A stretch of DNA of 64,000 nt from Geopsychrobacteraceae bacterium. Lineage in GTDB: Bacteria; Desulfobacterota; Desulfuromonadia; Desulfuromonadales; Geopsychrobacteraceae. The notes under the pieces were generated by a model. It was not told where the DNA came from, did not search any database, and worked only from the letters and a program-made list of their open reading frames with translations. Made by a program: the position numbers and the translations under genes. The DNA lies in the NCBI GenBank assembly GCA_963676795.2, contig CAXXTB010000002.1, forward strand, positions 416,001 to 480,000. The letters are read 5' to 3'. This document shows, one piece after another, positions 48,701-58,205 of the stretch (within the stretch, counting starts at the first letter, position 1; each line of letters opens with the position of its first letter).

Positions 48701-49561
48701 TCAGGCACTTCCGTAGGAATGCAGGCCGGAGAGGACCAGATTGACGCCCAGGTAGCAGAACAGGGTTGCGGCAAAGCCGAAGATCGACAGCCAGGCGGCC
48801 TTGCGTCCGACCCAGCCCCGTGTGAAACGAGCGTGCAGAAAAGCCGCATAGATGAACCAGACGATCAGGCTCCAGGTTTCTTTCGGATCCCAGCTCCAGT
48901 AGGTGCCCCAGGCATAGTTGGCCCAGGCGGCACCGGTGATAATGCCCAGGGTCAATAGCGGGAAGCCGACCATGATTGCCCTGTAATTCAGGTCGTCGAG
49001 CACCCGTGACGATGGAAACATGCCGATGACCCCGCCGACAGCCTTGTCCCCCTGCTCTTTTTCCTCTTTGCCGATTCTGAGCAGATACATGATCGAAACG
49101 CCAAAGGCGACGGCGAACCCGGCATAGCCGAGAAAGCAGGTGATGACATGGTAAGTCAGCCAGTTGCTCTGCAGGGCCGGAACCAGAGGATCTATCCCGG
49201 AGTTCAGGCTGAGCTGGGCCCAGAGCATACTCAGCAGAGCGATCGGCAGCACAAAGGCACCAATCGCCCGTTGTCTGTATTTCAGGTCGATGAGCAGGTA
49301 GATCAGCAGGATAGACCAGGCGAAAAAGACCACCGATTCGTAGAGGTTGGTCAGAGGGGCTCGTCCGTCTGACCCGAGAATCTGATAGGCTTCATACCAG
49401 CGCAGTCCCAGAGCTGCCGTCTGAACGATGAAGCCGATCAGGGCTGCCAGGGTGGCAGCCCTGGCAATAGTCGTGTTTTTGCTGGCAATGTAGACGAAGA
49501 AAAGCAGCATCGCGACAAAATAGACGATGGTTGTGATGTTAAAGAGAGTACCGCTGTCCAT
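48701..49561 (-). CDS. ccsB: Cytochrome c biogenesis protein CcsB/ResC (system II, WWD domain)
   Basis: PALQSNWLTYH, GAAWANYAWGTYWSWDPKETW, GLHSY. Confidence 0.95.
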   Translation of the reverse strand: MDSGTLFNITTIVYFVAMLLFFVYIASKNTTIARAATLAALIGFIVQTAALGLRWYEAYQILGSDGRAPLTNLYESVVFFAWSILLIYLLIDLKYRQRAIGAFVLPIALLSMLWAQLSLNSGIDPLVPALQSNWLTYHVITCFLGYAGFAVAFGVSIMYLLRIGKEEKEQGDKAVGGVIGMFPSSRVLDDLNYRAIMVGFPLLTLGIITGAAWANYAWGTYWSWDPKETWSLIVWFIYAAFLHARFTRGWVGRKAAWLSIFGFAATLFCYLGVNLVLSGLHSYGSA

Positions 49562-49564
49562 GAA

Positions 49565-50956
49565 TCACTCCTTGTCCGTGGCAGGTCCGTTGATGGCAGC
49601 TTCAATCTTTTGCTGCAGTTCATTGAAGCTCAGGCTGAAACCGGCCTGGTTCCGGTGGGCATTGCCGATCATCTGTATGCTGGTTTTGTTGCCGTCCTTT
49701 TCGAGGCAGATCCAGATCCTGCGGTGAGAAAAGAAGAAGGCTGTCAGTGAACCGAAAACCATCAGGAAACAGCCCGCCCAGACGATTTCAACACCGGGGT
49801 CTTTGGCAACCTGCAATCCTGTGTACTGAAGCTGGTCCATGGCGAGCAGGGAGAAGCTGAAGGCACCGCCACGCTTGGCATCGAAATCGGGGTAGTTCTG
49901 CAGAACGATGAACGGGTTGCCCGGCGCGCCGTCAGGGGCGGTGACCCGCATCTGGACGGCTGGGCCGAAATTACTGTAGTTGCTGGCATAGTTGGTGACG
50001 ACAAAGGAATAGCCGTTGCCGAGGGATATTTTTTCCCCCGCCCGGGCCGACAGTTCCTGCGTTTCTTTTGTCGTGTTTCCGGTGATCCTGAATTTGAATG
50101 TCGTATTCCCCGCCGGTCCGTAACTTGACTGGTAGAAGGTGTAGCCCCGGTAGGTCAGTGGCTTGTTGACCTCGATCCTGGTCTTCTCCAGCCCTTTGAT
50201 CATGACGTGCTGATCGTTCTCTAGAATGATCAGGTCGCTGAAATAGTCTTTGGGCCGGTTGCTGCCCGGATAATATTCCACGGTGAAATCTTCACAGCGC
50301 AGGGTAAAGCCGAGTGGAAGTTCTTCCCCGGAACGTTGCTGGAAGCGGTCAACCTGGGTTCCTTCGACGATGTTGACATACCCCTTTTCGCCCCAGAGCG
50401 TGCCGATGATGGCACCGAAAATAACGATCAGGATCGAAAGGTGGGTCATGTAGGCGCCGAACCTTGAATAGATTCCCTTCTGGGCGAAGAGGTGGATTCT
50501 TCCCTCGGCCTCGTTGCTGCGTGGAGTCGCAAATTCCTTTTTCAGAGCGGCCGCGAGCTCACTGGCTAACAGATCCCTGTCCCTTTTGCTGGAAAAGCTG
50601 GCCTTGTTGGCGGAGTTTTTGAGCAGACCGTCGGGGGCGATAAGGGTCGGCTTGCTGACAAACCTCCAGGCGCGGGGAAAATTCTTTATTGAGCAACAGA
50701 TCAGGTTGACGCAGAAGAGCCCGAGAATCCCCATGAACCAGGCCGAGTGGTACATGTCGGTAAATTGAAGTTTGACGAAAAGTTCGTAATTGGTTTGCCC
50801 ATACTCGCGAATGTAGTCCGCCGCAGGGGCGTTCTGTTGAATAACAGTGCCGATGATCGAAGTCGCCGCCAACAGCAAAAGCAGGACGATGGTCAGCTTC
50901 AGGGAACAGAAAAAGTCCCAGATTCGATCCGCAAATGGTTTTGTGTCTGCAGTCAA
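49565..50956 (-). CDS. resB: Cytochrome c biogenesis protein ResB/Ccs1
   Basis: IIGTVIQQ, YHSAWF, THLS, VNKPL...FYQSSY, KDPG. Confidence 0.93.
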   Translation of the reverse strand: MTADTKPFADRIWDFFCSLKLTIVLLLLLAATSIIGTVIQQNAPAADYIREYGQTNYELFVKLQFTDMYHSAWFMGILGLFCVNLICCSIKNFPRAWRFVSKPTLIAPDGLLKNSANKASFSSKRDRDLLASELAAALKKEFATPRSNEAEGRIHLFAQKGIYSRFGAYMTHLSILIVIFGAIIGTLWGEKGYVNIVEGTQVDRFQQRSGEELPLGFTLRCEDFTVEYYPGSNRPKDYFSDLIILENDQHVMIKGLEKTRIEVNKPLTYRGYTFYQSSYGPAGNTTFKFRITGNTTKETQELSARAGEKISLGNGYSFVVTNYASNYSNFGPAVQMRVTAPDGAPGNPFIVLQNYPDFDAKRGGAFSFSLLAMDQLQYTGLQVAKDPGVEIVWAGCFLMVFGSLTAFFFSHRRIWICLEKDGNKTSIQMIGNAHRNQAGFSLSFNELQQKIEAAINGPATDKE

Positions 50957-51031
50957 GGTTATCTCCCGGTCATGATTCCATAAATAATAGTCACACTGGT
51001 AGGTCTGGCATTTAGACTCGCTGGGGAGGAA

Positions 51032-51457
51032 TCAATGGCGGAGAACGGTATTTTTCAGTTGGATCTGGGCGTGAAGTGCCGGGAGCAATGCCGTGGTAAG
51101 GAGACAGGTCTGAATAGGCGCCGGATGAAAAGCGTTCTGGTCAAGCTGCAGTTGACGGAGGTTCTTTTGCGGACGTTGCACCTGCACCAGGGACAACAGT
51201 TCATTGAATGAGGCATGCAGTTGCGGTGCGCCTGCCTTGAGTTGCTGCGGACTGTTGTGATGGCAGGAGAGACTCCGGCTCTGCACAAAAGTCTGAGACG
51301 GGTGAGCTCTGAGATGACAGCAGTCAACTCTGATGCTTTGCTCGCCAGCAGGGGAGGAAAGTGTACAGGCGGAAGAGGCCGAGACACTGCTGATCAGGAT
51401 CAGCAGTCCGAGCAGGGCATTGATCAAAAACGCCAGTGAAAGGTGTCCGGTCTTCAC
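51032..51457 (-). CDS. Hypothetical exported Cys/His-containing protein
   Basis: GTG start with RBS gaggatgagg; hydrophobic N-terminus; CCH and CHH motifs; own promoter upstream. Confidence 0.55.
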   Translation of the reverse strand: MKTGHLSLAFLINALLGLLILISSVSASSACTLSSPAGEQSIRVDCCHLRAHPSQTFVQSRSLSCHHNSPQQLKAGAPQLHASFNELLSLVQVQRPQKNLRQLQLDQNAFHPAPIQTCLLTTALLPALHAQIQLKNTVLRH

Positions 51458-51494
51458 GCCTCATCCTCGACTGAAGGAGTTCAGTAGCTTCGGA

Positions 51495-51528
51495 AGTATA
51501 GCTTGCCTGTGTCCATCAGGCAAGCTAT
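51495..51528 (-). promoter_or_regulatory. Sigma70-like promoter overlapped by a 12-bp inverted repeat
   Basis: Minus strand TTGCCT(51523-51518)-N17-TATACT(51500-51495); dyad atagcttgcctg-N7-caggcaagctat. Confidence 0.6.
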
Positions 51529-51597
51529 TGCTTGAGGCGGATCTGACGCCGGGCAGTAGCGTCAGTTCCATTTGCCGAGGACGGCACTGGCTGTATC

Positions 51598-52470
51598 TCA
51601 GAGGCCGCTATCACGCAGTTGTTCAATCAGCTTCTGCTGTTCGGAATTCAGCTTCTGCGGAACGGCAACTTCGATGATTGCATAAAGATCTCCGCTATCG
51701 CTCTTGCCTGAGCCTTGAACTCCGAAACCGCGCAGGCGGATCTTCTGGCCCGGTTGCATCCCGGCCGGAACCTTGATCCGCTTTGGCGTGTCGAGGGTCG
51801 GTACCTCGATGCTGGTGCCCAGGCAGATGCCGCTGAAGGGGACTTCCACCCTGACGAACAGGTCTTTGCCTTCACGGCTAAAGACCGGGTCCGGATCTAT
51901 ATTGATCTGCAGGTAGAGGTCGCCTGGTTTTCCGCCTCCCGGATGGACTCCGCCTTTGCCGGGGACCCTCAGTTTGCTTCCCTGCTCAACCCCGGCCGGA
52001 ATACGGACCTTGATCTGTTCGACCCGGCCGTCGTTGCGATAGTCGATTCTGCGTTCTCCACCCAGGCTTGCCAAGCGCAGCGGGATGTTGATCTGCATGG
52101 AGTAGTCCTGCCCCTTGGCCGGCTGACGGTGCGCTGTCCTGCCTCGGGCTCCTCCGAAGAGCTGGCTGAACAGGTCTTCTCCGCCAAAACCTCCAAAGAT
52201 ATCGTTGATATTGACGTTGCGGAAGATGTCTTCCTGGCTGTAGCGCTGATGAAAACCGCTATCGCCGAACTGATCATATTGGCGTTTTTTGTCCGGATCT
52301 GAGAGAACCGCGTAAGCTTCTGTAATCTGTTTGAAGGTCTCTTCGGCCTGTTTGTCGCCGGGGTTTTTGTCGGGATGGTATTTCTGCGCCAGTTTACGAT
52401 AGGCTTTTTTGATTGTTGTCGCATCCGCCGAGCGTTCGACACCAAGGACGTTGTAGTAGTCTTTAGCCAT
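51598..52470 (-). CDS. DnaJ class B chaperone (CbpA-like, no zinc finger)
   Basis: J-domain HPD, G/F-rich region, C-terminal GDLY repeats, no CxxCxGxG. Confidence 0.92.
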   Translation of the reverse strand: MAKDYYNVLGVERSADATTIKKAYRKLAQKYHPDKNPGDKQAEETFKQITEAYAVLSDPDKKRQYDQFGDSGFHQRYSQEDIFRNVNINDIFGGFGGEDLFSQLFGGARGRTAHRQPAKGQDYSMQINIPLRLASLGGERRIDYRNDGRVEQIKVRIPAGVEQGSKLRVPGKGGVHPGGGKPGDLYLQINIDPDPVFSREGKDLFVRVEVPFSGICLGTSIEVPTLDTPKRIKVPAGMQPGQKIRLRGFGVQGSGKSDSGDLYAIIEVAVPQKLNSEQQKLIEQLRDSGL

Positions 52471-52506
52471 TCTTCCTCTCTTCTGTTTTTCAAGTCTAAC
52501 CAGCCA

Positions 52507-52535
52507 ATTATAGGTACGTTTTTTTTGATCGTCAA
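52507..52535 (-). promoter_or_regulatory. Sigma70 promoter of the DnaJ/CbpA gene
   Basis: TTGACG-N17-TATAAT on the minus strand. Confidence 0.75.
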
Positions 52536-52650
52536 GTCAGGTGATAGAGTTCGCCAAAGAGAATAATCTTGAATTTATTTGCCTTTTTCTAATACTATGT
52601 ATTTCATTAATTAAAATGGTCTGGGGAAATGAAAATGCTAAGGAGGTTTT

Positions 52651-53076
52651 ATGTACAGCCGAAATGTTGAAGAGGGAATCAGGGCCGTTGAAGCGGGGGA
52701 CACTTTGCTCGGTCTTCATCACTTTGAACAGATTCCTCAAGCTGAGATGTCCGCACTTGAGCTGTCCTATTATGCCTACTGTCTCGCCTGCGAACACAAT
52801 GAGACCAGAAGGGCTCTCGATCTGGCCGGAGAAGCTTTGAACAGGGACCGAAATCATCCTCTGGTTTACCTGAATGTGGGGCGGATCTACCATATCTCAG
52901 GTGGCCGCCGTCAGGCGATCGACAATTTCCGCATGGGAATCAGGATTCAGCGCCACCCCCTGTTGCTCAGGCACCTGGAGAAAGTGGCTCCCCGCCGTTC
53001 TCTGCTACTGCCATTCTGCAGGCGCAGCAATCCGCTGAATGTTCTTGCCGGCAAGGTCATGGCAAAGTTTTTCTGA
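52651..53076 (+). CDS. TPR-repeat protein
   Basis: AYCLA...YLNVGRIY...AIDNFRMG; RBS aaggagg; paralog of 20916-21365. Confidence 0.75.
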   Translation: MYSRNVEEGIRAVEAGDTLLGLHHFEQIPQAEMSALELSYYAYCLACEHNETRRALDLAGEALNRDRNHPLVYLNVGRIYHISGGRRQAIDNFRMGIRIQRHPLLLRHLEKVAPRRSLLLPFCRRSNPLNVLAGKVMAKFF

Positions 53077-53142
53077 CAGAAACTCTGCTCTTCGGTTAGG
53101 ATTAGCCAGTGAGGAACCTGTTTTGCACTGGAGGTACTGGGA

Positions 53143-54540
53143 GTGAGCATGTTACGGATTGCAGTCGTCGGCGGAGGGATATCGGGGCTTGCCTGTGCCT
53201 ATGCCATAGAATCATTGGCGGCCCGCAGCAACAGGGCGGTTTCTGTCATACTGCTCGAGAAGGACGAGCGGCTCGGGGGAAAGATCTGGTCCCGGAGGGA
53301 AGAGGGGTATCTCTGCGAGTGGGGGCCGAACGGTTTTCTCGACAACAAGCCGATGACGCTCGATCTCTGTCGCCAGCTTGACATCGAGCAGCAGTTGTTG
53401 CCTTCAGATGACAATGCCAGAAAAAGATTTATCTACTCGGCCGGGCAACTGCACCGGCTGCCGGAAAATGGTCCGGCCTTTCTCAGGTCGCCACTGATCT
53501 CCTGGCCGGGCAAGCTGCGCCTTGCGGCTGAATTGTTTGTCCCGCAATATAACGGAGCAGGGGATGAGACCCTCGCCGAATTTGCCCGTCGCCGGCTTGG
53601 CTCTGAAGCGCTGGAAAAACTGATCGCGCCGATGGTCTCCGGGATCTTTGCCGGCGATCCTGAAACCATGAGCCTGAAAAGCTGTTTTCCGCGGATCCAT
53701 GAGCTTGAACGTGACTATGGCGGCTTGCTCAGGGCGATGCTGCGCCTGGCCCGGCAGAAAAAGCAGGAGCGCAAGGCAGGCAGGGCCGTTGCCAGCGCTG
53801 CCGGGCCGGGCGGCGTTCTGACCTCGTTTGCCGGCGGGATACAGGATCTGACCGATGCGCTTGGCTCTGCAATTTCAGGGCAGATCATGACCGGAAAAAC
53901 TGTTGCTTCGATTGGTCGGGCCAGCGGCGGCTATCGTCTGCAGTTCGAGGATGGCGGGGAGCTCGATGTCGAAAGGGTGGTCATTGCCACCCCCGCTTAT
54001 GCGACAGCGCGGATGCTTGAGCCCCTCAGCCCGAAAGCGGTCGAGATCCTTGACGCGATTCCCTACGCCCCGATGAATGTCGTCTGCTTTGGCTATCGAC
54101 AGGAGCAGATTGGTCATGATCTGGACGGCTTCGGCTACCTGATCCCGGGGGCGGAAGGCTGTTCGACTCTTGGGACACTCTGGGATTCAAGCATTTTTCC
54201 ACAGCGCGCACCGGCCGGTCAGGTTCTGCTGCGCTCGATGATGGGGGGCGCCACTAATCTCGCCGCAATAGGGGATGACGACGAGACTGTTGCGCGCAAA
54301 GTGAAAGCGGATCTGCGCCGGATTATGGGGATAGCGGCTGAACCCGATTTTGTCAGGGTCTTCCGTCATGCCAAGGCGATTCCTCAGTATATCAGAGGGC
54401 ACGCCGCTCAGGTCGAGCGGCTGGTTGCGGAAACCGACCGCTGGCCCGGCCTGGTGGTGACCGGTAACGCCTATTATGGCGTTGGCCTGAACGATTGCGT
54501 CAGGGCGTCAACGGCTGCGGCAGAACGGGTGCTTAAGTGA
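53143..54540 (+). CDS. hemY: HemY-type FAD protoporphyrinogen/coproporphyrinogen oxidase
   Basis: GGGISGL, RLGGKI, EWGPNGF, SGIFAGDP, GFGYL, AIPQY, GVGLNDC; start 53143 or 53149. Confidence 0.93.
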   Translation: MSMLRIAVVGGGISGLACAYAIESLAARSNRAVSVILLEKDERLGGKIWSRREEGYLCEWGPNGFLDNKPMTLDLCRQLDIEQQLLPSDDNARKRFIYSAGQLHRLPENGPAFLRSPLISWPGKLRLAAELFVPQYNGAGDETLAEFARRRLGSEALEKLIAPMVSGIFAGDPETMSLKSCFPRIHELERDYGGLLRAMLRLARQKKQERKAGRAVASAAGPGGVLTSFAGGIQDLTDALGSAISGQIMTGKTVASIGRASGGYRLQFEDGGELDVERVVIATPAYATARMLEPLSPKAVEILDAIPYAPMNVVCFGYRQEQIGHDLDGFGYLIPGAEGCSTLGTLWDSSIFPQRAPAGQVLLRSMMGGATNLAAIGDDDETVARKVKADLRRIMGIAAEPDFVRVFRHAKAIPQYIRGHAAQVERLVAETDRWPGLVVTGNAYYGVGLNDCVRASTAAAERVLK

Positions 54541-54553
54541 GCTGTCCTGTTGA

Positions 54554-56062
54554 TCAGGAGGACGTTGCCTCCTGGTCTTCTTCCAGGGCTGAATGACTGA
54601 GCGGGCTGTACGTCATGAAGCGTAGCCCGTGGTCTCTTGTGTTCTCGATGACGGAAACCGGGCCGTTTACCTCGCGTTTGAGCTCTTCGGTGGTTTCTCC
54701 CAGTGAGATGACGACCCCTTCCTGGATGATTTTCAGAGCATTGATTTTAGGGTTAGTGGTTGAGTGATCGCCGGTCTTGAAGGTGGCAAGCTCCTGTTCC
54801 ACCTCTTTCTTTTCCGTCTTCAGTTTCTCCAGGCGCTGGGTCAGGACTTCGATGCGCAGGTTGATCGCTTCAACCAGTGATTTGCGGTTTGAGTCGACCG
54901 GCTTTTTGGCGATCTCTTCCAGGGTGTGATCGATTTTTTCCAGCTGTTCCGTGGTTTTTCGCTGGCGGGTTCTCAGGTTGTTGAGATGATCGGTTTCGGG
55001 AAAGTAGACACCCGAGGTCAGATAGGTCCTTACCCCGGTAATATTGCCGAGAACCTTGGCTTCAATCCCTTCGAGGGCGATCGTTTCGCCGCCGGTAATG
55101 ACCCCCTGACTGGCGTTGACCTTGCCGGTTGCCTTGATGATGGAATTGCGCGCTTCCTGAAGGATGATGACATCGCCTAAACATTCAACGGTGGCCTGGT
55201 TGAGATAGCGTGCGGTGAAGCCGCCATTGCAGGTGACCTTGCCGCCCCCTTTGCCGGCCATGGTGCCGATGCTGACCGGCCCATCTGACGATATCTGGCA
55301 CTTGCCGACCGCCCCGTTGATATTGATTCCCTTCTTGGCCGAAACGTTGAAATCGTCGAGGACATCGCCGGTGATAGAGACAAAGCCGTTGAAGCTGATG
55401 TGGCCGATGCTCATATCGATGTCGCTGCTGATCAGCAGTTCTTCGACAACATTGATCGCGGTCCGTTCGAGGATGACGCGTCCCTCCTGGGTCGCGACGA
55501 TCTGGGAACCATCCTCATTCAGCTCGGTCCCTTTTCCCGGGGTGACCGGACTGGGCTTGCCATGAACTGCGTGAATCGTTTTCCCACTGACTGTCTTGCC
55601 GTCGTTGCCCAGGGTGGGCGGATGAATAATGCCGATCGGTTGATGGAGTGTGACATTGGAGAAGCTCTGGACGTTTTTGAAATCAACAATCCGCCCCTTT
55701 TCGTCTTCCTCCAGGGTACACTGCTGGGGGCCGGTCTGAACCAGCAGTTCAAACCAGCCATCCCGGCCATGGGTCGAAGGGGTTCCGGCTGCAACCAGAG
55801 TATTTTCAGGGTTCTCGCCCTGGGCTGCTTCGGTACAGAAGATAGCGATGTTCTCTAGGTTGATCGTGTCGGTAATCTGGTGATTTTGGAGAATGGAAAT
55901 CAGTTCTGCGGGTGAAATACTGTTGTCCAGATCGTGAACCACGATCGAGGCATAGCATTCAAGTTCACTGCCTATGACCTCAAGTTTCAGACTGTAGGCG
56001 TCGTTGATATAATCACCGATCGTTTTCCGGCCGACATCAACCCGTGATGAGCGATTCGTCAT
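54554..56062 (-). CDS. FapA/DUF342 family protein
   Basis: AAGTP..HGRDG, GNDGKTVSG, DMSIGHISFNG.V.I.GDV, C-terminal coiled coil. Confidence 0.85.
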   Translation of the reverse strand: MTNRSSRVDVGRKTIGDYINDAYSLKLEVIGSELECYASIVVHDLDNSISPAELISILQNHQITDTINLENIAIFCTEAAQGENPENTLVAAGTPSTHGRDGWFELLVQTGPQQCTLEEDEKGRIVDFKNVQSFSNVTLHQPIGIIHPPTLGNDGKTVSGKTIHAVHGKPSPVTPGKGTELNEDGSQIVATQEGRVILERTAINVVEELLISSDIDMSIGHISFNGFVSITGDVLDDFNVSAKKGININGAVGKCQISSDGPVSIGTMAGKGGGKVTCNGGFTARYLNQATVECLGDVIILQEARNSIIKATGKVNASQGVITGGETIALEGIEAKVLGNITGVRTYLTSGVYFPETDHLNNLRTRQRKTTEQLEKIDHTLEEIAKKPVDSNRKSLVEAINLRIEVLTQRLEKLKTEKKEVEQELATFKTGDHSTTNPKINALKIIQEGVVISLGETTEELKREVNGPVSVIENTRDHGLRFMTYSPLSHSALEEDQEATSS

Positions 56063-56322
56063 AGAGGAACCAATGAGTTAGAGTGAAATACTAAGGAATT
56101 ACCCTATAAGCTTTATCACAGGTTATGCTGAAGATCAAACATGTTTAACTTGCTATAATAATTTAGATTTAATTTTATGGAGGGGAACCGTCTCACCAGG
56201 TGCATGGAATTGTTCGTCTCGTTGCTAAATCCCCCAGATTGAATTGTCACATTTCGTGGCAGTCTGACTGGCGCGCTGTTTCAGATCGGTCGTTTCGCTA
56301 ATCTTGTGGGGGTGGAGACAAA

Positions 56323-56355
56323 ACTTCGGGAAGGGAGAAACTCCCTTCCCGAAGT
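56323..56355 (-). terminator. Terminator of the USP gene
   Basis: acttcgggaagggag-aaa-ctcccttcccgaagt preceded by an A run. Confidence 0.75.
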
Positions 56356-56362
56356 CCTGCTG

Positions 56363-56851
56363 TCAGGCTTTCAGAGGTATGACAAAAACAGGAACTTTCG
56401 CTTTGCGCAGGACTTTTTCAGCAACGCTGCCGATAAAGGCGTGCTCAATGATTCCGCGGCCGTGAGTACCCATGACGATAACATCGGCACCCGCTTCCGT
56501 TGCAGCATCAAGGATTTCGATGTCCGGTGTTCCGTAGGCCACTTTGGTTTTGCCAAGGCGCTTCATGTCTTCCGGGAATTTGGCGAGTTCGGTCTTGGCG
56601 AAATCATCCAGCTCTTTCTTCAATTGTTCCTGCTGATCTTTGAATTTAGATTTTTCCAAGTCTGCGATCAGGTCTTTACCGAGATGGCCGGCGACCATCA
56701 GTCTGAAGTGGGCATCCATCGGAGGCATGACATGCAGCAGCATGATTTCAGCATTGTTCAGGCGGGCCAGCATGACGGCGTGTTTGAATGCCAGGTTGGA
56801 GTTTTCCGAAAAATCTGTCGCGACAAGGATTTTCTTGTAAAGGGGTAACAT
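56363..56851 (-). CDS. Universal stress protein (UspA family)
   Basis: ILVATDFS, DVIVMGTHGRG..GSVAEKVLRKA.VPVFV. Confidence 0.94.
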   Translation of the reverse strand: MLPLYKKILVATDFSENSNLAFKHAVMLARLNNAEIMLLHVMPPMDAHFRLMVAGHLGKDLIADLEKSKFKDQQEQLKKELDDFAKTELAKFPEDMKRLGKTKVAYGTPDIEILDAATEAGADVIVMGTHGRGIIEHAFIGSVAEKVLRKAKVPVFVIPLKA

Positions 56852-57105
56852 GATGACACCTCCAAGGAAAGGGTTTGAACGCTACACGAGAAAACCTCCT
56901 CGTCTTCACTGCAATTATATCGCAGAGTTTGCCATTTGCTTGATTTTGCGGCATATATTTATTGTTTTATGCGATTCAGTGTTGCTTTAATTGTATTTGC
57001 GCCCCTTACTGATAGATTTTTTCCTGCCGTGTTCATGGGCGAATCTTCAGTTTTTTCTGGGTCGTTTATTGATTTTTTCGCTGGATAGGCTGCGCAGTTC
57101 AGCGC

Positions 57106-57134
57106 TTGACGCAGCTGGGCGGGCTGGTTATGCT
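57106..57134 (+). promoter_or_regulatory. Candidate sigma70 promoter
   Basis: TTGACG-N17-TATGCT about 50 bp upstream of the DUF2288 gene. Confidence 0.6.
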
Positions 57135-57184
57135 CCGGTCATTGTGTGTACCGGATGCCCGGCTATTCACTGTCAGCTGAAGGA

Positions 57185-57487
57185 ATGAACATGTCTGAGT
57201 TGAGAGAACAATTTAAGACCGACCTTGCGGATGTCTGCTGGAAAGATCTGCGTATCCATATGCAGCGTGATGCTATTATCACTGTCGCCGGTGAGCTGGA
57301 TCTGATCGATGTCGCCGTTGCGGTAGCCAGGGACGAAAAAGAGCGGGTCGGGCCATGGATAGAGGGGGGGCAGTTGAGCAAGCCGGGCCGAGAACAGCTG
57401 GACTGCTGGGAGGCGGAACTGGACAAGGGGTTCCGCATGCTGATTGTCCAGCCATTTATTCTGATCCAGGAAATTATCCATGCCTGA
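57185..57487 (+). CDS. DUF2288-like protein
   Basis: W..L..H..RDA, LDLIDVAVAVA.D, LIVQPFILIQ; start 57185 or 57191. Confidence 0.8.
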   Translation: MNMSELREQFKTDLADVCWKDLRIHMQRDAIITVAGELDLIDVAVAVARDEKERVGPWIEGGQLSKPGREQLDCWEAELDKGFRMLIVQPFILIQEIIHA

Positions 57488-58151
57488 GAACTTTGTCGCG
57501 AGCCTTCAGGGCTATCGTTCTGCCGCTGTCTTCAACCCCTGGGGCGAAACCGATCCGCAGCACGATCACGATGCCAGTGGACCAGCGGTCCGCAGCCGGC
57601 AATTGAGTTGGTACCTCAAGGAACGGATCGGCAGGGCCGATACCCTGCTCTGTGCCGAAGCCATAGGTTATCAGGGCGGTCATTTCAGCGGTATTCCGAT
57701 GACCTCGGAGCGCCTGCTGCTCGGGGGGCTGGAGCATAAGTCGATTAAGGCGCAGATGGTCTTCCGCAACGAACCGCAACGAACCAGCGCCCCCTGTCAT
57801 CGGCCGCAGGGGTTCACCGAACCAACCGCGACGATTGTCTGGGGCTTTCTGGCCGATAAAGGGATTGATCCCAGACGGGTTGTGCTCTGGAATGCGTTCC
57901 CCTGGCACCCCTATTATGTTGCCAGAGGGCTGCTCAGTAACAGAACCCCCAGTGATGAAGAGCTTGCCGCCGGTCACCGGGTGCTGAGGCAGATGCTTGA
58001 GCTTGGCAATTTCCGTCAGGTTGTCGCTATCGGCGAAAAGTCATTCGCGCAACTTGAGCAGCTGGGCATTGCTTCGACCAAGGTCCGCCATCCGGCCAAC
58101 GGAGGTGCCGGTCTGTTTCGGCAACAGATGAGCGAATTGCTGACGGATTGA
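57480..58151 (+). CDS. Uracil-DNA glycosylase-superfamily protein
   Basis: FNPW, AEAIGYQGGHFSGIPMTSE, WNAFPWHP, NRTP, RHPANGG. Confidence 0.85.
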   Translation: MPENFVASLQGYRSAAVFNPWGETDPQHDHDASGPAVRSRQLSWYLKERIGRADTLLCAEAIGYQGGHFSGIPMTSERLLLGGLEHKSIKAQMVFRNEPQRTSAPCHRPQGFTEPTATIVWGFLADKGIDPRRVVLWNAFPWHPYYVARGLLSNRTPSDEELAAGHRVLRQMLELGNFRQVVAIGEKSFAQLEQLGIASTKVRHPANGGAGLFRQQMSELLTD

Positions 58152-58205
58152 TATGCTCTGCGACGAATGGGGCTATAGCGGCGCAGCGGAGGAAGGGGAT
58201 ATGCG

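Noticed and set aside
56140..56355. Possible sRNA or 21-aa peptide downstream of a TATAAT on the plus strand
   Set aside because: No good -35, and the nearby hairpin is oriented as the USP terminator
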